A DNA stretch of 62,447 nt, counting the filler, from Candidatus Omnitrophota bacterium (GTDB lineage Bacteria; Omnitrophota; Gorgyraeia; Zapsychrales; JBDRMG01): NCBI GenBank assembly GCA_043812495.1. It is 8 parts of 7 records of this genome, joined end to end, with 100 filler letters (N's around TTAATTAATTAA, not from the genome) between each part and the next. Parts side by side here need not be neighbours in the genome. Positions count along the whole stretch, not along the records: positions 6,006 to 28,582 come from JBDRMG010000011.1; positions 28,683 to 31,138 come from JBDRMG010000013.1; positions 31,239 to 43,785 come from JBDRMG010000014.1; 5 more parts are not named here. One strand, given 5' to 3'. The position numbers and the translations under genes are program-made. The notes under the pieces were generated by a model, which saw only the letters and a program-made list of their open reading frames with translations, was not told where the DNA came from and made no database searches. Every line of letters starts with the position of its first letter. The stretch's first letter is position 1. This document shows positions 24,001 through 32,690 of this stretch, in pieces.

Positions 24001-27000
24001 ATCGTCAAGCTTGCGCATGGTTTGAGGGTCGAGCCGTCATTGATTTTTATAGGACGCCCCATCAAGGAAGCTCTTAAGGGCCTTAGCCTTGGAGAGAGGA
24101 TAGATTTATGTAGAGAGATCTCCGGATCTTCCCAGGGCGTCCTAGTACATAGTTTGCATCTAACACCACTGATCTTCAGAAAATGGATAAACAATCAGAG
24201 AACGCCAACAACAGATGAAATTATTAAATTAGCCAGATTCTTTGGCATGGAGCCGTTATTACTTTGGACAGATCTTACATTTGAGGAAGCCTTATGTGAG
24301 AGCTCTTCATTCGGTGAAAATATTCAGCTATTGAGATTAGAGGAGAACATGCTTCTTGATGAATTTTCTAAAAAGACAGGAATTAGCCAGAATGCTATTA
24401 GGCTTTGGGAGAAAAATGTTTCCAGGATAGACAGTAAGAATCTGAAGAAATTATCCGATATATTTGGCCATGAAGAGTCATTGATCTATGCAAGCCTTCC
24501 TTTGGAAAAGGCTTTAAGACGGCGTAAAATTATGGCCGAGAGAATAGAATTGCTCATGAAGGTTAGGGACATTACTATTGGGGAATTAGAGACAGAGATG
24601 GGATCTGATCAAAAAACGATCCGTCAATGGTTAAGACAAAAGAGTAAGCCAGGATTGGATAAAATCATTAGAATGTCAAAAATATTCAAAGTTAATGCCT
24701 TGTGGATATACACACACCTGACCTTTGAGGAAATCTTAAAAGAAAGCGAGAACTTGGCAGATAGAATAATTATCTTAAGAATGGATAGAGGAATAAATAA
24801 AAAAGAGTTGGCTCAACAAATAGAAGTAGACATAACTACTATTGGGGCATGGGAGACGGGAAAGATTGGCCCGCAAATCTCTCACATCCACGCTCTAGCC
24901 AGAGCCTTTGGGGCTGAAACTTCAGCATTATTAAAAGGAAAACCGCTGAAAAATATTATCCGAAGAAAGAGAAGCCTGGCCGACCGTGTTCAGCTAGCTC
25001 GCCTATCCAAAGATTTATCCCGGAAAGAGCTTGCTAAAAAGAGCGGCCTGAGGGTCGAAAGAATCATCGCGATCGAAGAAAACACAATCAAGCCATCCAC
25101 CGGCGATCTTCAGGCCATTGCCAAAGTTTGTCCGGTCAGCTTTGAGGAGCTTATTGAAGGATTAGAACTTTGGGGTGTCGATGGAAAAAAGAGCAGGACA
25201 GCGGGTGTTTACACGCTGATGCCGGACTTATTCGGAATCTTTGCGGTTGTGGTCATAGCCATCGTTTTAAACAAATTATTCAAAACATTAACCCAAAACG
25301 TGTTCCGCGCCACGGGGCACTTCCGCAGGGAGAGAACAGCCGCCAGAGGCGAGCCTCGCTCGCCTCGCTCGACGCGAGTCGAAGCGGGCCAAAGGCGGGA
25401 AACCAGTAAACAGAAACCAGATTCACTGCGCACTACATACGAGATGCGATTTTCAAGTCTATCAAGGCAATCAGGGCGGCTAGCAGGGCGGCAACAAGGC
25501 ATCAGGGCTAAGGAAGGCCACAAGACTATGAAAGGCGCCATTGACCTTGCCAGAAACTTGTTGTCTTTTGAATCCTTAAGCCTTATTAGCCTTGCTATCT
25601 TGATAGCCTTTAATAGCCCTGTTGCCTTAATAGCCGTGTTGGCCCTGTTTGCCTTTAATAGCCTTGGATTGTCAGTGAATTTATTTAATAACATATACGA
25701 AAAAAACAAAGGAGGAACACCATGGACACGAGAAACAGTAGAACCACTTATGATTCCATTATCTTTGATCACGCGGTCGAATTCATCAAGGACGACTGCG
25801 TCTTTGCGGCGGGCAAAGAACCGTCAGGAAAAACCAGGCTCTTTCTTATCTTTAACCACAATGGCAACATTTATTCGCGCAATGGCAAGGAAAATTCTTG
25901 GGAACAGCTTGACGCCCGCGACGCTCGCCTCATTAGAGAGCGTGCCGGCACCGCCAATATCAAACGTTACAGCGCGAGCCGGATTTGCTTCAGTTTCCCC
26001 TACAGGCGAACGCCGATGGCGACAGCCGAGGCGACCGGTCACTTCGAGCAGATCTAGATTAGCTCTAACCCAACCTCAAAAATCTTCCCAGTCCGCTTCA
26101 GCCGACAAAACCCTCTCAGCCAACATCTTCACGCCTTTAAACATAGGGATCGCCGTTTTTGCCCTTATTTTTATCATATCCTGGATCGTGATATCCAAGG
26201 AAAGCGAGAAGATAAGGGCCGAACTGATGAAAGAATCGGATTATATCAGAGGGATCCTTCCTTTTGATCTGGAGCCGGTTGGAATTAAACTCGATTTTGG
26301 TAGTTTAATTAGTAATCCTCTCTTGGAGAAAAGACAAATATCTCTGACAACGTTTCCCTCACTCAAATATAAAACATTTATTCATGAATTGATGCATTTT
26401 GTCTATTGTGACCAGATGAAGGTTGATGAGCAAGCTTGCCGCGGTGTCATTTCTTTAATGTGGGAAAAGAAAGCAGCAATCCCGATGATTGTCATTAAAA
26501 TTGCCTCTGCTCTCTTATGGGTTCTTGCATTTGGGATAAGCTATCTATTGATTAATCTTTTCATTGCCAAAGGTATACCTGATCTTCCAATGTGGTTTGG
26601 CCTATCGGATCTAACGATCGGAAGGGTTACTGCTATAGTCTTTGTTGGACTTGTTGTATTAAAACAAGTTCTTTGGTTTAAACAAGAAGCTTATCGGTTC
26701 TTTAAAATAAGTATTGAAGAGAATCCAAATTCAAATAGTGCTGAAGTTTGGAGAAGAACATCAGATGAAAAAGATGATTATCTAAGAGAAAATTCCATGG
26801 CCAGCCCTGATGAATTTGCGGCCGATGCATTAACGTGGTATCTCTTTGAACCAGAAGAATTCAGAGAAAGAGCAGGAAATAATGAAAATATTCGCGAGCT
26901 CTATCAAAGGATTAAAACAGGATTTTTCAAAGATGTAGAATATACGATAGATCCATCCAGTGAATCTTTACTCAAGATTGTCGTGTTAAGGAAAAATTCT

Positions 27001-28582
27001 GCTTTGCCTATGGACAGGGATTCGGATCTATCTACAAAAAGGGACGGTTCTGATCCTTCTACCCAAACCGATCAAGACAGCCAAACCCTCCTAGCTTCAA
27101 CCGGCATCCTCACGCCTGAGGCTGTCGCGGCCATCGGGCTTGTCCTCACGCTCGCGGGGATCATGATCGCGCACAGCTTCTTTAAGAATCGAAGGAATTC
27201 AACACAGCGGGGAATGAGAATCGCCACCCCAAGCCAGGGGCCGCCAGTAAAAGCGAGAATTTCCCCCGCCCTAGCCATCCTCGCTCTTTCCGCTGTTCCT
27301 GCCTTCATCATTCTTTTCGCCGTCTTCCCCGAACACAGCCTTGCGTTTATGCCGGTCGCGTTGTCTGATATTGCTTTGCCGGGATTGATGGGAGTAATAC
27401 GAATTACCTCCGCTAATAAAAATAAAATCAGTGATTTCTACAACCAACCCGGCGCCTTTCCGCGAATAAAAACCTTCAACATCACGGACTTGCTTGGAGA
27501 GGCTCTTAAGCATGGTAAAATTAAACAATCCTTCCCACTTCCAAATGGAAAGACATGGGGTAAATATGAGAGTATGCAGGTGGGAGTAGGCCTCTCCAAA
27601 ATCATGTGTGAGATTGAAATGAGAAACGCTACTGACGCCACATTCACTTTCACAAGCTATAAAAAAGATGCAAAGGGACATGATGAAGAACACAAGAAAA
27701 GCCGTTGGCTATGGACAGGGGAAGGTACACCCCAATATCAACCGGAAGAAACTGTTGAATCGAAGATAATCTCAGAAATCAGTGATTTCTACAACCAACC
27801 CGGCGCCTTCCCGCGAACAAAAACCTTTAACATCACGGACCTTCTCGGCCCAAAGGCTCTTAAGCATGGTGCAATCAAACGATCCTTTCCTCTTCCCACC
27901 AAGGGAAAGACATGGGGTAAAAATGAGGGTATGCGGGTGGCAGTAGGTCTCTACAAAGTCACATGCGAAATTCACATGGAAAGCCCTACACAAGTCACCT
28001 TCACATTCACAAGCTATAAGAAAGGTAAGGATAAAAAACACAAGAAAAGACGCTGGCTATGGACAGGGGAAGACACACCCCAATATCAGCCGGAAAAAGA
28101 TGAAAAACAAAAGCAGGAGCAAGAGAAAGCTATCAGAGACAAAATCATTGCTTTTTACAGAAGAACCTATTTTCCGCGAACAAAAACCTTTAACATCACG
28201 GACTTTCTTGGAGAGGCTCTTAAGTATGGCATTATTCAAAGTACCTTCCCTCTTCCCACCAATGGAAAGACATGGGGTAGACAAGAAAGCAGTATGCAGG
28301 TGGGGCAAGGCCTCTCCAAAGTCATGTGTGAGATTGAAATGAGAAGCGCTACTGACGCCACATTCACCTTCACAAGCTATAAAAAAGATGCAAAGGAACA
28401 TGATGAAGAACACAAGGAAAGCCGCTTTCTATGGACAGGGGAAGGCACACCCCAATATCAACCGGAAGAAGATGAAGAGTTGAGGAGACAAAAAAAGGAA
28501 GCCATTAAGAACGAAATCATTGCTTTCTACAGACGAACCGATTTTTCGCGAACGAAAACCTTCAACATCACGGACTTTCTTG
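6007..28582 (+). CDS. Giant multidomain membrane protein (>7,500 aa), partial at both ends
   Basis: One stop-free frame across the whole 22.6-kb contig; recognisable motifs (HEFNH, HEIVH, HxHx7Sx2D, HEFFH, HETGH, CxxxCxxC, Xre-HTHs, HELMH); the duplicated linker shows mostly synonymous changes in this frame. Confidence 0.9.
17139..17186 (+). repeat. Perfect 24-bp tandem duplication (TQVIFPIG x2)
   Basis: CACCCAGGTGATATTCCCAATCGG twice. Confidence 0.9.
19326..19595 (+). CDS. Nested out-of-frame small protein (89 aa) inside the giant ORF, copy 1
   Basis: AGGAGGT SD, ATG; paralog at 25722 differs almost only at synonymous sites in this frame. Confidence 0.75.
   Translation: MERQTKYQSIIFDHAVEFIKDDCVFAAGKEPSGKTRLFLIFNHNGNIYSRNGRENSWEQLKASDAHAIREKASTANIKRYSASGHFEQI
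20158..20215 (+). repeat. Re-used linker (QPAQAEETLSANIFTP)
   Basis: 48 bp identical to 22057-22104; related copy at 26101-26146. Confidence 0.85.
22092..22381 (+). repeat. 290-bp duplicated two-TM linker, copy 1
   Basis: About 8 differences from 27105-27394. Confidence 0.9.
25722..26057 (+). CDS. Nested out-of-frame small protein (111 aa) inside the giant ORF, copy 2
   Basis: AAGGAGG SD, ATG; same frame offset as copy 1; carries a 57-nt in-frame insertion. Confidence 0.72.
   Translation: MDTRNSRTTYDSIIFDHAVEFIKDDCVFAAGKEPSGKTRLFLIFNHNGNIYSRNGKENSWEQLDARDARLIRERAGTANIKRYSASRICFSFPYRRTPMATAEATGHFEQI
27105..27394 (+). repeat. 290-bp duplicated two-TM linker, copy 2
   Basis: Near-identical to 22092-22381. 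Confidence 0.9.
27427..28582 (+). repeat. Tandem coding repeats of ~351-372 bp (~120 aa), 3 full plus 1 partial
   Basis: FPRxKTFNITD..SFPLP.GKTWG..FTFTSYKK..WLWTGExTPQYQPE. Confidence 0.9.
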
Positions 28583-28923
28583 NNNNNNNNNNNNNNNNNN
28601 NNNNNNNNNNNNNNNNNNNNNNNNNNTTAATTAATTAANNNNNNNNNNNNNNNNNNNNNNNNNNNNNNNNNNNNNNNNNNNNAGATGAAGGCGAAGGAGA
28701 ACCCTACGAAGCTCCCAAACGAGTTCTGCGAAGTCCGCCAATGAATCAATGGCGGACGAAGCAGAACGAAAGTTTTGGAGCGAAGTAGGGTTTGAGTGTT
28801 CGGCTTCGGAGAATGAACCTTCAGGGAATACCTCAAAGATACCCTGCCATTTCTGGCAGAGAGGTTCATTTTATACTACATATTTAAGATTGTGTTATAA
28901 TGTAGTGTAAAGGAGAACGATCC

Positions 28924-29229
28924 ATGAGCGTATTGAAAGATATCTTAAAAGAGAGCAAACAGCATTACATTGAAGCAAAACGGAAAATTGAGCAGAAATT
29001 ATCGCGTCTCCCTCAGGGCTCCATTAAGGAAAGAGTGATTTCCGGCAAAAAGTATTATTACTTGCAATATCGAAAAGGAGAGAAAGTCGTACAGAAATAT
29101 CTTGGAAAGATTAAACCTGAGAAATTAATGAAGGAATTGAAAGAAAAACGGCTGTTCAAATCTGAGCTTCAAAAAGTCAACGAAGCGCTGAAGGTTCTCA
29201 AAAGATCGGAAGGAAGAAAGCGTGATTAA
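28924..29229 (+). CDS. Small basic protein, putative partner/antitoxin of the downstream nucleotidyltransferase
   Basis: AAGGAG SD; PQGSIKERVISGKKYYYLQYR..QKYLG motif; overlaps the next start. Confidence 0.75.
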   Translation: MSVLKDILKESKQHYIEAKRKIEQKLSRLPQGSIKERVISGKKYYYLQYRKGEKVVQKYLGKIKPEKLMKELKEKRLFKSELQKVNEALKVLKRSEGRKRD

Positions 29230-29911
29230 GGTCATTCGGGAAATCTTAAAAGTTTTCTATGACAATGGCCTATTTGATGAGGGCGTCGAGCTTATCGGCA
29301 GCTGGTGTTTTCAGCTCTATCAAAAGCACTTAGGCGCACAAAGCTTTCCTTTAATAACGCAGGATATCGATTTTCTCATTCCCAACCCCTTTCGCGGAAA
29401 GAATCATAGTGGTTTTATCGATCAGCTTGAGAACTTAGGATTCAATGTCGATTTCAAGAGTGACGGCTCCATCTATCTTTGGAATGCTGAGCTAAAGATA
29501 GAATTTATCACTCCGGAAAAAGGCCGGGGCACAAATTCATCCATAAAGATTAGAAAACTCGGGATTAACGCTATTCCGTTAAGGTTTGTCGCTTTACTGT
29601 GCGATAATCCTGTGAGCATCGTCGAAGATGGAATGAAAATCCTTGTCCCCCGCCCTGCCAATTTTTGTCTTCATAAACTGATCGTGGCTTCCCGCAGGAA
29701 AAAGGTCGATAAATATTTAAAAGATCTGCAGCAGGCCATATGTACTTCCGTGATTGTCGATAAAGCTGAATTATTGGATTTGTTCAATTCTCTGCCTAAG
29801 AAGTGGAGAGTGGCGATTATCCAAATGGTTGATCGATCGAAAGACGAACTGCCATTATTAAGTCAAGAAACCGAAAAACTCGAACGTACACTACAAAATG
29901 CAAAGAAATAA
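29222..29911 (+). CDS. GSU2403-like nucleotidyltransferase-fold protein
   Basis: LIGSW..TQDIDF, IEFITP, HKLIVASRR..KDLQQA. Confidence 0.75.
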   Translation: MIKVIREILKVFYDNGLFDEGVELIGSWCFQLYQKHLGAQSFPLITQDIDFLIPNPFRGKNHSGFIDQLENLGFNVDFKSDGSIYLWNAELKIEFITPEKGRGTNSSIKIRKLGINAIPLRFVALLCDNPVSIVEDGMKILVPRPANFCLHKLIVASRRKKVDKYLKDLQQAICTSVIVDKAELLDLFNSLPKKWRVAIIQMVDRSKDELPLLSQETEKLERTLQNAKK

Positions 29912-29996
29912 GATTATGTAGTGTAAAATAGAATTGTCAACGTTGTCGGGAAGAAATTGCACTGAAACTTGATAGCTAATCACACGGAGAAAAATC

Positions 29997-30485
29997 ATGA
30001 ACATCTTCGACTACGCGATGCAAATAGAAAAAGAAGGAGAGGCGCTATATTTGGAATTTGCCAAGGCCGCGGGCGAAAAAGGTTTGTACGTGATCTTCAC
30101 GGAACTGGCCCAGCAGGAAAACAGGCATAATGAAATTTTTAAAAAAATGAAGGAAAACCAGGAAGCCGCGGTCGCCGACATCCCGTTTCTTGAAAACGTC
30201 AAGTCGGTTTTCGCGGACTGGAAGCAAAACAAGGATAAAATCAATTTTAAAGTTCCGCAGGCGGACCTGTACCGCCGGGCGCTTGAAATAGAACAAAAAA
30301 GCGTAGACCTCTACACGCAGGAAGCCGGCAAGGTCGAAGACGAGAAACAAAAAGCAATGTTCATGAAGATCGCCGACGAAGAACGCAACCATTACCACGT
30401 CGTTGAGAACATCATTGAATTTATTACTAAGCCTAAACAATGGGTCGAGCACGCCGAGTTCACCAAGATCGGCGAGGAATACTGA
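29997..30485 (+). CDS. Rubrerythrin/ferritin-like protein
   Basis: [17 protein letters not shown] and [17 protein letters not shown] diiron motifs. Confidence 0.88.
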   Translation: MNIFDYAMQIEKEGEALYLEFAKAAGEKGLYVIFTELAQQENRHNEIFKKMKENQEAAVADIPFLENVKSVFADWKQNKDKINFKVPQADLYRRALEIEQKSVDLYTQEAGKVEDEKQKAMFMKIADEERNHYHVVENIIEFITKPKQWVEHAEFTKIGEEY

Positions 30486-30601
30486 AGTCCGCGGTGAAAG
30501 TAATCATTTAGGGACGTCCTTCGCCGGTAAGCTAAGGGTGTCCCCAAAAAAGCAACAAAGGGACACCCTTCAACGACGGGCGAAGAACGTCCCTGATTCC
30601 A

Positions 30602-30828
30602 CACTTGAGCCTGAGAATATCATTGAGAAAGAAGACAAAAGTATGTTGGCCGTGCGCACGGAAGTCCGCAGCAAGCACGGCGATTCCCATCTGGGCCACG
30701 TGTTTGACGACGGCCCCCAACCGACGGGCTTACACTATTGCCTCAATTCCGCGGCGCTTCGCTTTATTCCGAAGGAAGACCTGGACAAAGAGGGCTACGG
30801 GGAATACCTGAAGATTTTTGAAAAATAA
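30602..30828 (+). pseudogene. msrB: C-terminal remnant of methionine-R-sulfoxide reductase
   Basis: [30 protein letters not shown] present; the N-terminal half is replaced by a palindromic element at 30510-30596. Confidence 0.75.
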
Positions 30829-30908
30829 GAATGATGATCAACTCTCACCCCCCATTATAGGCAAATTCGTTTATTGTAACGGTTTGTCTTAGTCCAGCCT
30901 TGTCCTGG

Positions 30909-30999
30909 TGGATTGCAATCTAAAGTGAGACAAAATTAAGCCCTCGTCTTTCTGTTAATTTGTAAGCATTTTTCAGCAATTTGATTGGCAGTCCAATAA
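30909..30999 (-). mobile_element. Probable IS3-family right-end remnant
   Basis: TGGATTGCAATCTAAAGTGAGACA terminal-IR-like; related pieces at contig ends 48738-48755 and 56488-56556. Confidence 0.45.
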
Positions 31000-31138
31000 A
31001 TCAATTACCCTGTGCCAAGAGCACAGGGTATGAAGGTCTATTCCCAAAGACGAAGCTGGACTTCTTTGGGCGTTTTCCCTTGTTCTTTTATATATTTTTC
31101 CACTACTTCCCAATTCCCACGCTCGCCTACTGTCCCCA
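31000..31138 (-). mobile_element. tnpA: IS200/IS605-family tnpA 3' end and right-end hairpin
   Basis: 31038-31138 encodes GTVGERGNWEVVEKYIKEQG..* (Y1 catalytic YxxxQ); perfect hairpin TACCCTGTGC/GCACAGGGTA at 31006-31030. Confidence 0.8.
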
Positions 31139-31380
31139 NNNNNNNNNNNNNNNNNNNNNNNNNNNNNNNNNNNNNNNNNNNNTTAATTAATTAANNNNNN
31201 NNNNNNNNNNNNNNNNNNNNNNNNNNNNNNNNNNNNNNGAAGAAAATTTGACGCAACGCATTGAAATGACGTAAGTTATGATTCCGCAAATTTTACGTAA
31301 AGACAGTTTTTCAAAATAAACGTAAAAAAATTATTTTAAAATATTTTTTAACAAAGTACTGTTATTTAAGATATAGGACA

Positions 31381-31537
31381 GAACCATGATTACATTGATT
31401 CAAGAACAGATTACACAGATGTGAATATCTGTGTAATCTAAGGAAATCCGTGCAATCAGGGCCATTCAATTTTTTTGTCATCAAGATGACTTTCTTAAAG
31501 TTAGAAGGTCTTTATCCATCCCAATAAGAATGGCCCT
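31381..31537. repeat. GATTACACAGAT..ATCTGTGTAATC palindromic family, copy 1
   Basis: Related to 44074-44167 and 52839-52996, including the AATCAGGGCCATTC/GAATGGCCCT arms. Confidence 0.7.
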
Positions 31538-31540
31538 TAA

Positions 31541-32122
31541 CTATTCTTTCGAAATCAATAAAGGAACATTAGTAATCGTTTCATAAATGGGGCCTTGGGG
31601 TGTGAGCGTGCTTTTAATGAGGCTCACGCTTCGGACGGGCTGGCGTATGGTCTTGGGGTAAGAAAAATTTTTGATGGCCTTGGTCAAGGCCAATTTATTG
31701 AGCGAAGAACGCAGGCGGCCGAGCGTCATATGGGCTTGAAATGCTCGGTTTTCCCTTTCAAATCCGCAATCCGTCAATTTTTCATCCAAGCAAGAGGCAA
31801 TTTGCAATAAATCTTGTTTTCCGTTTTCTATGCCTAGCCAAATGACCTGAGGGTTTTCGATTCTTGGGAAAGCCCCGAGATGAACAGGCTCGATGGAGAA
31901 AGCATGATTCGACTTAACGCAGGATTGCATGATCTGAATGATCGCATCAATCTTCTTGAGTGAAGTTTGACCGAGAAACTTTAATGTCAGATGAATATTG
32001 TCCGGTTTGACCCACTTAACGTCAGCCCCGGTTTTCCTAAGATCCTTCTGAATTTCACCAAGGGCTGTTCGCAGATCTTGATCAAGTTCAACAGCAATAA
32101 AAGCGCGGATAGAGTCTTCCAT
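31541..32122 (-). CDS. thpR: RNA 2',3'-cyclic phosphodiesterase (2H family)
   Basis: RAFIAVEL, HLTLKFLG and HMTLGR 2H motifs, GPIYE. Confidence 0.92.
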   Translation of the reverse strand: MEDSIRAFIAVELDQDLRTALGEIQKDLRKTGADVKWVKPDNIHLTLKFLGQTSLKKIDAIIQIMQSCVKSNHAFSIEPVHLGAFPRIENPQVIWLGIENGKQDLLQIASCLDEKLTDCGFERENRAFQAHMTLGRLRSSLNKLALTKAIKNFSYPKTIRQPVRSVSLIKSTLTPQGPIYETITNVPLLISKE

Positions 32123-32127
32123 CTGAC

Positions 32128-32592
32128 TTAAAGAAAACGGAGCAATAAACGAAGAGCGGATTTGGCCGCTTTTGATTTGACGCAAAGCCTACCCCCTTCA
32201 AAAATGTATCTGTGGCATTCGACTTTGTCTTTGGTGGCGAGGGCAATATAGGTGAGGCCTATGGGTTTTGTTTTTGTGCCTCCCGAAGGACCGGCAATCC
32301 CGGTAATCGCCAGGCCAAAATCGGTTTTTAAAATTCGGCGGACATTTTTTGCCATTTTCTCAGCAACGGCTTGACTGACAGCACCATGTCTTTGGATGAG
32401 CTTCTTTGGTACGCCAAGCAACATTTCCTTAGACTTATTAGAATAAGTCACGCAGCTTAACACGAAAAACCGCGAACTGCCCGGAATATTGGTCAGCTGA
32501 TTAGCCAGAAAACCCCCTGTGCAGGATTCAGCTAAGCTTAAGGTTTTTCCTTTGGAGAGTAGCTTTTTGGCTATCTTTTCTTCAAGACGCAT
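32128..32592 (-). CDS. cinA: CinA C-terminal / NMN deamidase PncC
   Basis: LAESCTGG, YSNKSK, HGAVS, ITGIAGPSGG. Confidence 0.9.
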   Translation of the reverse strand: MRLEEKIAKKLLSKGKTLSLAESCTGGFLANQLTNIPGSSRFFVLSCVTYSNKSKEMLLGVPKKLIQRHGAVSQAVAEKMAKNVRRILKTDFGLAITGIAGPSGGTKTKPIGLTYIALATKDKVECHRYIFEGGRLCVKSKAAKSALRLLLRFL

Positions 32593-32690
32593 CAAGGGTA
32601 TTGTAGACGAGGACAAAAATCTTGACAAGCATTAATATTTAGAATATAGTGAACTGAAATTATTACTCTTTCTTGAGCAAAGGAGACAGG

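Noticed and set aside
22005..27311. Duplicated antisense ORFs MMKAGTAERAR.. (22005-22298, 27072-27311) as nested genes
   Set aside because: Antisense to the duplicated TM linker with shared third codon positions and no SD; explained by the giant frame
27427..28582. Diversity-generating retroelement TR/VR pair among giant-gene repeats
   Set aside because: Differences are not adenine-specific and no reverse transcriptase is present in the window
32593..32690. FMN riboswitch before ribBA
   Set aside because: Under 100 bp divergent promoter region without RFN consensus
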